Part shown: positions 33,910-52,751 of the stretch, piece after piece | Numbering within the stretch: the stretch's first letter is position 1 | Layout: each line of letters begins with the position of its first letter | Assembly: GCF_009914755.1 (NCBI RefSeq) | Contig: NC_060926.1 | Length of the DNA: 64,000 bases | Strand: one strand, 5' to 3' | DNA from: the human T2T-CHM13v2.0 reference genome, Homo sapiens | Notes under the pieces: model-generated | What the model was told of the DNA's origin: nothing | Seen by the model: the letters and a program-made list of their open reading frames with translations, nothing else | The model's database searches: none | Translations under genes and position numbers: made by a program

Positions 33910-34937
33910 GAGGAGCCAAGATGGCCAAATAGGAACAGCTCCAGTCTACAGCTCCCAGCGTGAGCGACGCAGAAGATGGGTGATTTCTGCATTTTCAACT
34001 GAGGTACTGGGTTCATCTCACTGGGGAGTGCCGGGCAGTGGGTGCAGGACAGTGGATGCAGCACACTGTGCGTGAGCTGAAGCAGGGTGAGTCATCGCCT
34101 CACCCAGGAAGTGCAAGGGGTCAGGGAATTCCCTTTCCTAGTTAAAGAAACGGGTGACAGACAGCACCTGGAAAATTGGGTCACTCCCACCCTAATACTG
34201 CACTCTTCCAATGGGCTTAACAAACGGCACACCAGGAGATTATATCCAGCACCTGGCTCGGAGGGTCTTATGCCCACGGAGCCTCGCTCATTGCTAGCAC
34301 AGCAGTCTGAGATCAAACTGCAATGTGGCAGCGAGGCTGGGGGAGGGGCGCCCACCATTGCCAAGGCTTGAGTTGGTAAACAAAGCGGCCGGGAAGCTCA
34401 AACTGGGTGGAGCCCACCACAGCTCAAGGAGGCCTGCCTGTCTGCCTCTGTAGGCTCCACCTCTGGGGGCAGGGCACAGACAAACAAAAGACAGCAATAA
34501 CCTTTGCAGACTTAAATGTCCCTGTCTGACAGCTTTGAAGAGAGTAGTGGTTCTCCCAGCACGCAGCTTGAGATCTGAGAACAGGCAGACTGCCTCCTCA
34601 AGTTGGTCCCTGACCCCTGAGTAGCCTAAATGGGAGGCATCCCCCAGTAGGGGCGGACTGACACCTTACACCTTCGGGTACTCCTCTGAGACAAAACTTC
34701 CAGAGGAACAATCAGGCAGTAGCATTTGTGATACACTAATATCTGCTGTTCTGCAGCCACTGCTGCTGATACTCAGGCAAACAGGGTCTGGAGTGGACTT
34801 CGAGTAAACTCCAACAGACCTGCAGCTGAGGGTCCTGACTGTCAGAAGGAAAACTAACAAACAGAAAGGACATCCACACCAAAAACCCATCTGTACGTCA
34901 CCATCATCAAAGACCAAAGGTAGATAAAACCACAAAG
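33910..34937. promoter_or_regulatory. L1 5' UTR with sense and antisense internal promoters
   Basis: Complete 5' UTR including the YY1 motif and the ~129-bp segment absent from younger L1s; many CpGs decayed. Confidence 0.75.
34092..34358 (-). CDS. L1 antisense ORF0 homolog, open, 88 aa
   Basis: MVGAPPPASLPHCSLISDCCASNERGSVGIRPSEPGAGYNLLVCR... closely matches primate L1 ORF0 (MAGAPPPASLPPCSLISDCCASN...). Confidence 0.6.
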   Translation of the reverse strand: MVGAPPPASLPHCSLISDCCASNERGSVGIRPSEPGAGYNLLVCRLLSPLEECSIRVGVTQFSRCCLSPVSLTRKGNSLTPCTSWVRR

Positions 34938-35961
34938 ATGGGGAAAAAACAGAGCAGAAAAACTGGGAACTCTAAAAATCAGAGCACCTCTCCTCCTCCA
35001 AAGGAATGCAGCTCCTCACCAACGATGGAACAAAGCTGGATGGAGAATGACTTTTGACGAGTTGAGAGAAGAAGGCTTCAGAAGATCAAACTACTCCGAG
35101 CTAAAGGAGGAAGTTTGAACCAATGGCAAAGAAGTTAAAAACTTTGAAAAAAAATTAGACCAATGGATAAGTAGAATAACCAATGCAGAGAAGTCCTTAA
35201 AGGACCTGATGGAGCTGAAAACCACGGCAGGAGAACTACGTGACGACTGCACAAGCCTCAGTAGCCAATGCGATCAACTGGAAGAAAGGGTATCAGTGAT
35301 GGAAGACGAAATGAATGAAATGAAGCGTGAAGAGAAGTTTAGAGAAAAAAGAATAAAAAGAAACGAACGAAGCCTCCAAGAAATATGGGACTATGTGAAA
35401 AGACCAAATCTACGTCTAATTGGTGTACCTGAAAGTGATGGGGAGAATGCAACCAAGCTGGAAAACCCTCTGCAGGATATTATCCAGGAGAACTTCCCCA
35501 ATCTAGCAAGGCAAGCCAACATTCAAATTCAGGAAATACAGAGAACGCCACAAAGATACTCCTCGAGAAGAGCAACTCCAAGACACACGATTGTCAGATT
35601 CACCAAAGTTGAAATGAAGGAAAAAATGTTAAGGGCAGCCAGAGAGAAAGGTCGGGTTACCCACAAAGGGAAGCCCATCAGACTAACAGCTGATCTCTCG
35701 GCAGAAACTCTACAAGCCAGAAGAGAGTGGGGGCCAATATTCAACATTCTTAAAGTATTCTTAAAGAATTTTCAACCCAGAATTTCACATCCAGCCAAAC
35801 TAAGCTTCATAAGTGAAGGAGAAATAAAATACTTTACAGACAAGCAAATGCTGAGAGATTTTTTCACCACCAGGCCTGCCCTAAAAGAGCTCCTGAAGGA
35901 AGCACTAAACATGGAAAGGAACAACCGGTACCAGCCACTGCAAAAACATGCCAAATTGTAA
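34938..35961 (+). pseudogene. L1 ORF1p, disabled
   Basis: ATG GGG AAA AAA CAG at 34938; extra T near 35053 and TGA near 35115; C-terminal 250 aa open (EIWDYVKRPNLRLIG, ARREWG). Confidence 0.93.
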
Positions 35962-36024
35962 AGACCATCAAGGCTAGGAAGAAACTGCACCAACTAATGA
36001 GCAAAATAACCAGCTAACATCATC

Positions 36025-39851
<3,827 letters not shown>

Positions 39852-40956
39852 ACAATTAGAACACATGGACAGAGGAAGGGGAACATCACACACCGGGGAC
39901 GGTTGTGGGGTGGGGGGAGGGGGGAGGGAGAGCATTAGGAGATATACCTAATGCTAAATGACTAGTTAATGCATGCAGCACACCAACATGGCATATGTAT
40001 ACATATGTAACAAACCTGCACGTTGTGCACATGTACCCTAAAACTTAAAGTATATTAAAAAAAAAAAAAGACAAAAAAAAAAAAACCAGTTGTCTCTTGT
40101 GGCACCCAACTGGCACATATGCTATGCTTTCCAGTTTGGTATTTAGCTTTGTAGATTTCTGATTATTTCCTATACTCTGGAAGAATTCATATATCATAGA
40201 AAGTATTAGACCCTTGAAAATTAGATGTAATTCACAAATAAAACCATCTGAGTCTGTTTGGGTGTTTTTTTAGAAAAAGAACTTTGACAGTTGTTCTAAT
40301 TTCTTATGTGTTTATTGACCTATATAGGTTTTCTGTCTCTTCTTGTGTTCATTTTGGTAATTTTGAGAGTTGAACCCAATCTCTCTTCCCTGCTGCAAAA
40401 TCTCATTGCATAGTCCCTACAAAAAAAAAAATTGGTAATTTACACTTTCTTAGAAAATTTTGTATTTCAATCTAGGTTTTCAATTTTTTAAATTAACAAT
40501 TTCTTTTTGATCATCTTTGGAAATATTTAAAAAATATCCATAGTTGTATTTTCTTGCCCATTTCAAACATTAATTATCTTTTAAATTTAAATATATTTTA
40601 AAATGAATTTTAACTAGATTTGTAAATAGTAATGGTCTTTTCAAAGATCAAGATTTTGTTTTATTAACTAAGTTCATATTTTCTGTGAGTGTTCTACCTC
40701 ATTAAATTCTGCTGATTTTTATACTCCATCCCTCTACTTTCTTTGAGTTTATTTTGCTGCCTTTTCATTCTAGACTATTGATTTCATGCTCTTTCATTTA
40801 GTGTTAGCCCTACTTGTTTCTAATAAACTTATCCTGAGTCCCACTTGGGCCATGTCCCACAAGCCCCTAAAACAGGGTTTCTGATGGTCACTTCTTTCTA
40901 GTTTACGGTTTCCTCTTTAACTTAAGAGTAATGTTAACTTAAGAGTAATGTTAGAG

Positions 40957-41292
40957 CAGGAGTTCCTAACCCACAGGCCGCAGACGGGAGCAGTCTGTGG
41001 CCTGTTAGGAACTGGGCCACACAGCAGGAGGCAAGCAGCCTGAGAATGAGCATTACCACCTGAGCTCCACCTACTGTCAAATCAGCAGCAGCATTAGATT
41101 CTCATAGGAGTGCGAACCCTATTGTGAACTGCACATGCGAGGGATCCAGGTTGTATGCTCCTTATGAGAATCTAATGCCTGATGATCTGAGGTAGAACAG
41201 TTTCATCCTGAAACCAGCCCTCTCACTGCATATATGGAAAAATTGTCTTCCTTGAAACTGGTCCCTGGTGCCAAAAATGTTGGGGACTGCTG
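40957..41292. mobile_element. MER1B (hAT-Charlie)
   Basis: cagg...ggcctgttaggaactgggcc...gcattagattctcataggag...ggtccctggtgccaaaaa...ctg; 8-bp TSD tgttagag/cattagag. Confidence 0.9.
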
Positions 41293-41389
41293 CATTAGAG
41301 GTTGCTTTAGAACTTCCAGTTGGGGGAAAATACATACATACATATATATATATGTATATGTTTGTTATCTTGTATGTTTCATTTGGCTT

Positions 41390-41585
<196 letters not shown>

Positions 41586-42449
41586 TAATTTTATTGTGCA
41601 GTGGCCAGACAAGAAGGTTTGTATAACTTATGCTTTTTGAAATGTATTGGAATTCTCCTTGTGGTCAAATACATGACTCATTTTGTAAAAGGACTGTAGA
41701 TGCTTGAAAGAATGGGTACTTTCTATTTATCCAGTATAATATTCTATTGATATATATATACATTCAATAGATTTCAGAATTCTATTCTGAGGTACACTGA
41801 AGCATATGATTAGTATATCTTTTTGGTGGACTACAACTTTTATCAATATGAACTCTCCCTGTTGGCCTTGATGCTTTTTATTTCAAATTGTTGTTTTTGG
41901 TGTTAATATTGATACGTCTGTTTTTCTAGCAATTTACCTAGTGTTCGCTGTTTATTATGTAATAAACAACAATTTACCTGTCCTTGAAGCAATTACATAA
42001 TATTTGATACGCATTTAGGTAGCATATATAGTTCTATACCTTTGTTTTCAAATATCCTGTATAATTTCATTTTAGATATAACTTTTGGCAACAGCAGTGG
42101 CTCATTTTTTAAATTTTCTTTACCTAAACTGAAACTCTGTGTCTTGTAATAGGCTAATTTAACCTATTCATGAGTACTGTTATTACATATGCGATTAGAT
42201 TTATTCCTGTCATGTTATTTTCTGTCTTCTATTTATCATACTTTCTTATTTTCTTTTACTTTTTAATCTTTTCTTCAGGTGATCGTTGTTATTCCATTGT
42301 TTTTCCTTTTACGGATTGGCAGTTATATATCCTATTTCTATTCCTCTTGTGGTTATAATTAAATTTTGATGACATGTACTTGAACATAGTTTTCTAAAAT
42401 GTTTTGAAGTAATCTAGACTATTAACAAACTACAGCCTATGGGCCAAGT

Positions 42450-42891
42450 TGAAACCAACCAAATAGTCCCATAGACTGTTCTTTTGGATAAACATAGAAA
42501 TTGACTTTTCTGATCTTAAAGCTTGAAGTTTACATTTGCTTTATCTGAGTTCCTTCCTCAGGAAAAGACCTTCAGGCCTCTCAAGAAAGTAGCAAAGAAC
42601 TGAAACTCCCCAGATCACCACATTCAGACAATGACATGCCTGACCCCTCATTCATCATGATTGCTTCCTTGCCCCTCCCTGGTTCCTGTTTCTTTACACA
42701 TCATTACATTTCTTCCCTGCTCTATAAACCCCAGGTTTTAGTTTGTCAGAGAGACGGATTTGAGACTGAGCTCCCACCTCCTTGGCACCCAATTAAAGCC
42801 TTCTTCCTTGGCAGTGCTTGTTGTCTCAGTGACTGGCTTTCTGTGCTGTGAGCAGCAGGACCTAGACTGAACCCCTGGTATTTTGGTAACA
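42450..42891 (+). mobile_element. ERV1 solo LTR (LTR26-like)
   Basis: tgaaaccaacc...ggtaaca termini, TATAAA at 42723, ATTAAA at 42792, 4-bp TSD aagt/aaat. Confidence 0.75.
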
Positions 42892-42944
42892 AAATCCCAC
42901 CTATTCCACATTTTTGCACAGCCTAGAAGCTAAGAATTTTTTTT

Positions 42945-43278
<334 letters not shown>

Positions 43279-43666
43279 TAAGTGGTTAAAAAAAATCAAA
43301 AGACAAATAACATTTTATGACACATGAAACGTATATAGCATTCAGATTTCAGTGTCCATAAGCAAGGTTTCATTGGAACACAGCCACACTTACTTGTTTC
43401 TATATTGTCTTTAGATATATATATAGTTGTTTATATATGTAGCTGCTTTTGTGCTATCATGGGAGAGTTGAGTGGTTGAGACAAAGACTGTATGGCCCAC
43501 GAAGGCTAAGATATTTGTAATCTGGCCCTTTACTGAATAAGTTTGCTGATCCTTGGTCTAGATGTCTATCCCCACTCCCCATACAAGAGTTACTACAGAG
43601 ATTAATTCTTTCCAGCCAAGACTCACTCCATATCATTTCTATATTGTATTCGTTTGGGATTTGAGT

Positions 43667-44520
43667 TCCAGAAACAGAAAATAATCCAAATGTTCATCAA
43701 CAGGTGAATGGATAAGCAAATTATGTACATCAAGCACAATGGAATGCTACTTTTCAGTAAGAAAAGAATGAACTATTGATACATACAACAACATGAGTAA
43801 GTCTGAAAAGCATATGGCTGACTGAAAGAAGCTAAATGTGGAAGGTTACATACTATATTGTAACATTAATGTGACATTCTAGAGAAGGCGAAATTACAGT
43901 GACAGAGAGCAGATCAGCGGTTTCCAGGGGCGAGGTGTGAGGGAGAGGTGATTGGCTGCAGAAGAGCATGAGGGAAAGTTTTGGGGTGATGGAAATATGT
44001 TATGTCATGGCTCTGGTGGTGGTTGCACAACTGTATCACAACTTTGTTAAAACTCATCCAGAAAAACAAAATTGGTGAATTTCATTGTATGTAAACTATA
44101 ACTCGATAAAACTAAATTTAAAAACCTGTCCTGGGTAAAACAAATCTTTAATGAAGAACGGGAAGAATCTATGACAGGAAGGGGCTTGAGAGAACACTCT
44201 GAGGTGATGGCAATTCTTTGTGTCTTCATGGGGGTTTGCATTGTGCAGGTTTGATGCATTTGACAAAATTCAGCTAACACATATGCAAGATTGGTGCATT
44301 TCATTGTATATAAATTTTACATCAAAGAGAATATATCAAATATTGAATTCTAGTTAGTGATCTGTATACTTGAATATTTAGGGGGAAATGTACTGAAGTC
44401 ACAATTTACTTTGAAATCCATCAAAAATAAGATGGATTAGTGAATGGCTAGATCAATAGATATGTGATAAAGCAAGTAAAGTGTTAGTGGTAAATGTCAT
44501 GCTAATGGTGGGTGTTCTCT
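43667..44520 (+). mobile_element. Old L1 3' ends (L1MB/ME-like 43667-44125; L1MC-like 44160-44520)
   Basis: ccaaatgttcatcaacaggtgaatggataagcaaa; tttggggtgatggaaat; caatttactttgaaat. Confidence 0.75.
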
Positions 44521-44984
44521 ATTAAATTAAAATAAAATCTTTGTTCTGCCTTGTAAGAAGGTTGTGTTGACATTGAATGGTTGTATGCACTCAGCCTGGC
44601 AGCTGGATCCAGTCTCTTTAACTATGTCATCTATGAAGAAATAGTGTTGAAACATTTTTGTACAGAGTACATACCTTACTGTGCTCATATTCCCTTCTTT
44701 AAATGTCAAGGAAAAGACATGACAGGACCCACCCCACGTACTTGCCTAGTTTGAGCCAGCAGCTCACCTGGACCTTCCTGCTTTCTGACTTGCAGCTGTC
44801 TTTGTTGATGATCTATAGAGGCCCCTCCTCTTTAAGCCTGAGGGGTACAAGAGTCTAAGTGGTTCCCTGGGACCTGGTTTACTGACTGCTGGAACCCTGG
44901 AGATGGCATGCTGGCAATGAGAGAATCTTACGGAACTCAACTTGGTACCAATGCCCTAGTGAAAAAGTAGTGGAGTCCTTATAT

Positions 44985-45400
44985 ATCAGCATTGGAAGGG
45001 CACTTAGACACCATTTTACAGATGAGGAAACTGAGGTCCAGATAGGGAAAATGGCTTGCCCTAGTCCACATAGCTTCATGACAGCAGGTTCTACACCCCA
45101 GCTCTCCCCACTCTCAGCCCTATTTGGGCTGCAGCCAACCTGACGGTTTTTTGAGGGCACTGGTGGGAGGATCCCTGGGGTTTGTGAGGTGGTAACAGCC
45201 ACAGTGTGAGTGAGATCTGGATCCCACCTCTGGATCCCACCCTGTGACCTTGGACAAGTTATTTAATCTCTAATACTGGGTTTCTTCAGGAGTAATATGA
45301 GAAGAACAATATCTTTTTTGTCAGGGTATTGTGAGGTTTCACTGGAACATCATCTGTGGAGCCATTTATGCAATGCCTAGACCTGGTGGGTGCTCACTCT
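44985..45400. mobile_element. MIR fragments
   Basis: ccattttacagatgaggaaactgagg (45011) and tgtgaccttggacaagttatttaatctct (45243). Confidence 0.75.
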
Positions 45401-45924
45401 GTGGGCACCACTGTCATTGGTGTGCTCATGAGCGCACTGACCTGAGATTCTGAGAAACCAGATGTTGGCTCTGGTGCTACCCTCACCAGCTGTGACTCTA
45501 CTCCTCACAAGAATCTTCAAGGTCGTAGTTTTATCCGGGTTTTACAAATAAGGAAACTGATATGCGTGTCCAACCTCAAATCTTCAAATCTGGATCAAAC
45601 GCAAATATTGTTTCTAGTCATTCTCTTGGCAGGAATGGTCTCAGCACAATCACCAGTAGGCAAAGTTTATTTTAGTGCTTCCTTCTTCTCTTTCCAATCT
45701 TCTGTCCTTCTCTCCCCACCAAGTGAGTGGGAGGAAGAGAAAGTTGGGGACCGTTTGATGTTCCTGGGTGTTAGTAACACTCGAGGGAGCCACACTTCCC
45801 AGGGGCCCTCAGGGCAATCTAGAAAGTTCACCACTCTTCCAGCACTGGCAGACAAATCCAGCCAGTGCCTAGAAAAGGTTCATTTGTGACATCCACAAGG
45901 CAGGGGCACTCCACACACACTTCG

Positions 45925-46092
45925 CTGACCATTCGCATCTGCATCATTTGGGAGCTTGTCAAAACTGACAATTCTGCCTCTGCCCCACCCAGACCCACTG
46001 AATCAGAGTCTCTGGGGATGGGGCCCAAGAATATGAGTTTTAGGAAGCTCTGTAGGGGATGCTTAGGCACAGTAAAGTTTGAAAAGTACTAT
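45925..46092. mobile_element. MER5A (hAT-Charlie)
   Basis: gcatcatttgggagcttg...cccacccagacccactgaatcagagtctctggggatggggcccaagaat. Confidence 0.8.
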
Positions 46093-47189
46093 TCCAAGGG
46101 ACCAGTAAGAGGACATAGGAGTGGACCAGTCTCTGTAATTTTGCCATTTTCCAAAAAGAGACCTCTAATCTGTGCTGAAGTTCATTTCCAAGGACTGAGT
46201 AGGGCTGAACAGGGTAAATCTCATTTTAAAATAAGTGTTCCCTCATTCCTCTCACAGCCCTCTTCCAACATGTTGTTTTCACCTTCAACAGAATGCCTAA
46301 GTGAAAAGGAGGGATGCAGTGTGTTTGGCAGCGTGGAAAAGATCAGAGGGGTGTGAAACGAATTCATATCTGGCATGACCGAGCTCTGTTGGGAGGACCT
46401 TGGCAGGGCTTGAAGCAGCCTCAGAAGAGAGGTGGACCCCAGCCAGTGCTTAAAACAAGAAGCCTGTCAGCTGCTGCCATTTTCCTGTGTTATAGGAAGA
46501 CCACAGACCCAAGTCAGACAGGCCCGGTGTCTAATCCCTGGGACCTTGGATGGTGACTGGGCTCTCTCTGCCAAGGGGATTATGTGTGTTCGAGCACCTG
46601 GCACCTAGGAAGCATTCAGCATAGGCTGAAGTAGCCCCTCCTTTGACCCTTGTTGGGAAGGGAAGGCAGTGCCAGACCCATGCCAAGCAGCCTTTCTGGT
46701 AGCTGGTCTTTTGGTCACACAGGGAACCCCCAGAAGCCTCGCTTCAAGCCCTCTCCATAGAAAACCCACACAGCCAGGGTTTGCTGTGGCTCTTCTGCCC
46801 TGTTGAATGTGTCTCCGTGACCATGTACCCATCTGGAAGACTAAGTGTGTGGCCACCTTCACTAGCAAAGATCACCCTCGCTCCGCCAGGTTCTCTCCTT
46901 CCCACTCTCTCTGCACCTCTGCCCTTTGGTCCTTTTCAAGCACTAGCCTCTGTGCCCAGTCTTTGGTGTGGATGTTGGGGCCTTTTTAGCCATTTCTGTC
47001 TGCATGACTGGTTAGTGGGCAGGGGGAGTGACGAGTGGGCTGGCAGAAAGTTCCTTTGGATTTCATTAGCCCTCGTGGTGATCAGCATTGAGGTAATGCA
47101 TCTGCAACATCACGTGTTCAACCTATGAAGAGTAAACTTCCCGCTGGCGTTTCTACTATACCTTGTTATTCAAAAATGGTATATGTCTA

Positions 47190-47523
<334 letters not shown>

Positions 47524-48018
47524 CTAGCCTTGAGTTGCATTGTGAGAGCCTCAGTAGTTCCCACACTCCAGGAAAGGGGGTACAGAAGAGGGAACACCTG
47601 CCTCTCCATCATGTTGTTATTGATTGATTAATGTTTCACCTTGGGCATCCTCAAAGCTACCTGAAGAATCTCACTCTGGGTGTTTCTTCTTTTCCTTTTA
47701 CTTGTACTGATAGGGACCCAGGTTCTCAAATAAGGATTCTATTACGAACACAAGAGCTAAGGGAATGGTGCATGAGGATCCATCCACAACCATCGCCATG
47801 TGTCCCATGGCTGAGGCACAGGGCTTGGGGGTAACCTGACCCCACAGGAGGCTATAGAATTAGCCATGCATGTATTCAACAACAACTACCCTAGTGTGCT
47901 TTGATCTAAAAACTCATCATGTGTTATCAAAATGCATAGTGGTACAACCCTCAAAGCCAATTCCAGGCCAGATGAGGGCTTTCAGGAGGGAGATAGAGTT
48001 AGAGGTGTAAAAGATTAG

Positions 48019-48408
<390 letters not shown>

Positions 48409-49039
48409 GCATCTTTCTATTTCAGCTCCTACCTCTCATCACTCCCCATTCAGATGACCCCCAAACTCCATCACCAGAGGCAGAAACTACAGAGTTCTAC
48501 ATGCAGCTGGAAATGCCTCCTGGAGTTTTTGCATCTGGCAGTGACTATCTCACCTCTTAACCAAACTTAATCACTGGCAGGGAGAACCTCACTTCAAATC
48601 TGGCCCCCTGCCCAGCTGGGTTCAGTGCCAGGGTGTGGCTGGCACAAGATTAAATTCTGTAATGTATTAGCAGCAGAGTTGCATTTAATAAAAGCCAAGA
48701 GCTTCTGAATACACATGTTGGAAGAAAAAAGAAGCAAGATGGAGCTTAGTAGCCAAGCAAAAGCCAGGCATGGGGGCATGAGGTGGGTGATGTTTCTCTT
48801 AGGACCAGGGGTCCAAGGATCTAAGGGTCATGGAGAAATCTTTGTTAGGGCTAGAAGACAATAGCAATCAGTTAATTCATTCCAGAAACATTCATTGGCA
48901 CTGTTCTAGACACTATGACTGAAAAGATGGCACCAGAGATGACTGAATATGAGCCAAGGGTTTTTTGTTTGTTTATTTTTCTGAAAATTATCCCTCAGAA
49001 AAGACTAATTCCATGTAGTCTTATATTAGAAACCTTAGT

Positions 49040-49272
49040 CTCCTCTCTCCCTCCCTCACTTCCTCCCTCTATTCTTCCCTTCCTTTCTTCTTTCCTCCCT
49101 TCCTTCCTTCCCCTATTTCCTCTTCCTTCCTTTTTTCCTTCCTTCCCCTCTTTCCTCTTCCTTCTTTCCTTCCTTCTCTTTCTCATTCTTTCCTCTTTCT
49201 CTTTTCCTCTCTTTTATTTTCTTTTTTCTCTTTCTGCATTTCTCTTTCACCTTTCCTCCCTCCACTTTTTTT
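49040..49272. repeat. Polypyrimidine/polypurine low-complexity tract
   Basis: About 230 bp almost entirely C/T on the + strand. Confidence 0.95.
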
Positions 49273-49798
49273 AATTCATCTTTTTAAGTAATGACAGCTG
49301 TCTGAGATGCCGTCACCTGAAATGACCTCAGTCAATGCTAGTTTGTATGTTTATAAAGGTCACCTGATGACAGTGGTGAAAAAATCGGCAAAGAAATTTG
49401 AACACAGATTTAGTAAGTCTCCCTAGGGATATGACCTCACAATGAAAATAGTTGCATGTTTTTGTAAATAAGGCTTTTTAAAATCATTTTAAAATGCAAC
49501 TTGAAGATTATAAATATATATCTCCTGGGTAAATGGGAGGAAAACTGTCCAAATGTTATTTGAATGGGTAATTGTGGTTTGGGTTATAATTCCCAATGTC
49601 AGCATCAGATGCAGGTTCAGAAAGTGGTGCCTCTCAAACAAGTTAGGAGGAAGTGAAATTATGTAATCTGAGAAACTGAGTTCAAGACTCAAAAAGTGTC
49701 CTAGTGAAGCTGTTAACATCCCCTTTCCAGACTGTGGTCCCAGCTACCTGGGAGGCTAAGGTGGGTGGATCACCTGAGCTCGGGTGTTCAAGTGGTAG

Positions 49799-50255
<457 letters not shown>

Positions 50256-50472
50256 GACCGCCTCCTTCTTGAAGGTACCTGCTGACCCCAGGTCACTTCT
50301 CATCTCGATCCTTGAGGACTTTGAGTTCATTCTCACTCTCTCCAGCACTATATTTATCTCACACTGATTTCAATATCCACACAGAAGATCCTTGTGTGCC
50401 TCTCAGTTCTGTGTCCTACTGTCCACCTGGTCACCTCCACCCTAACCTCTCACTCCCACGGTCGCACCCTAG

Positions 50473-50685
<213 letters not shown>

Positions 50686-51061
50686 TAGTCATCTCAGTTT
50701 CTATGTCCCACTCTCCAACCACTGTGCCCTGGGTTTCCAGCTCACTCTTTCTCTTATCCAGACTTCAATAATCCTTCTACCAGCTGAGACTTAGAATCTA
50801 TGACCCAACCACCTCTTCATGAATCATTAGCCCCTTAATTGCCTCATTTCACTCCTTAGCCAATGTAGATTCACAGTTGATCATGACAGAACTTCCTTGC
50901 CCACATTCCAACTCCCACTATTGGATTTGCCTTGGTGAACCTCACCATGTCTGACCTGGAATAACAAGATGGGAAGCAGAACAACAACCTAGTTCTCTTC
51001 CTTTATCTCTCATCCTGCTTTAGCCATTGCTCCCTGCTCTGCTCACCTGTAGACAAAACTG

Positions 51062-51602
<541 letters not shown>

Positions 51603-52123
51603 TAAGAGTGTTCCAGTTACTGTCTCCAATTCCCTTCCTCAGAGGTTTGAGGTGAGCTGTTTCAGTGGAGCCAGGTGACAAAAGTCAAAGAAATTTCTTG
51701 CTTTAACTCCTACCCACTAACTTTTATTACCTGGCTCCACCGAAACAGCTCATGTCAAGACCTTGAAGGACCTCCAGCTGCCAAATGCAATGGGCTGTTC
51801 TCAGACCTCATTTTACTTGGCCCATGAGCAGCAGTCTTTGACAGAGTAGCTCCCTCCATCCTCTTGACACTCACTCCAGGGGGTCTCCCCTGCCTCACTG
51901 GCCGCTCCCCACTTCTCTCTGCCCGTGAACATTGGAGGGTCCCAAGGTCCAGGCCTGGGTGCTTCCTCTGTCATTCCTTCCTGACTTCACCCTCTCTCTA
52001 GGACTGAAGGACTCCTAAAGCTAGATCTCCAGCCCAGACCTTTACCCCAAACTCCAGACTTCTATACCTAACTTAAAACTCGACCTTTCTACTTGGATGT
52101 CTAATGGGCAATTCAAACTTTCG

Positions 52124-52751
<628 letters not shown>

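Noticed and set aside
35745-35770. Local duplication in ORF1 (attcttaaagtattcttaaag)
   Set aside because: Small in-frame change in an already disabled ORF.
39900-39930. G-quadruplex-forming G-rich tract
   Set aside because: Standard feature of L1PA 3' UTRs.
45217-45242. 13-bp duplication tctggatcccacc and a nearby near-palindrome at about 45420
   Set aside because: Short and compatible with slippage or chance in MIR-derived sequence.
48915-49274. Hydrophobic F/L/S/P-rich ORF resembling a membrane protein
   Set aside because: Artefact of translating the CT-rich tract.
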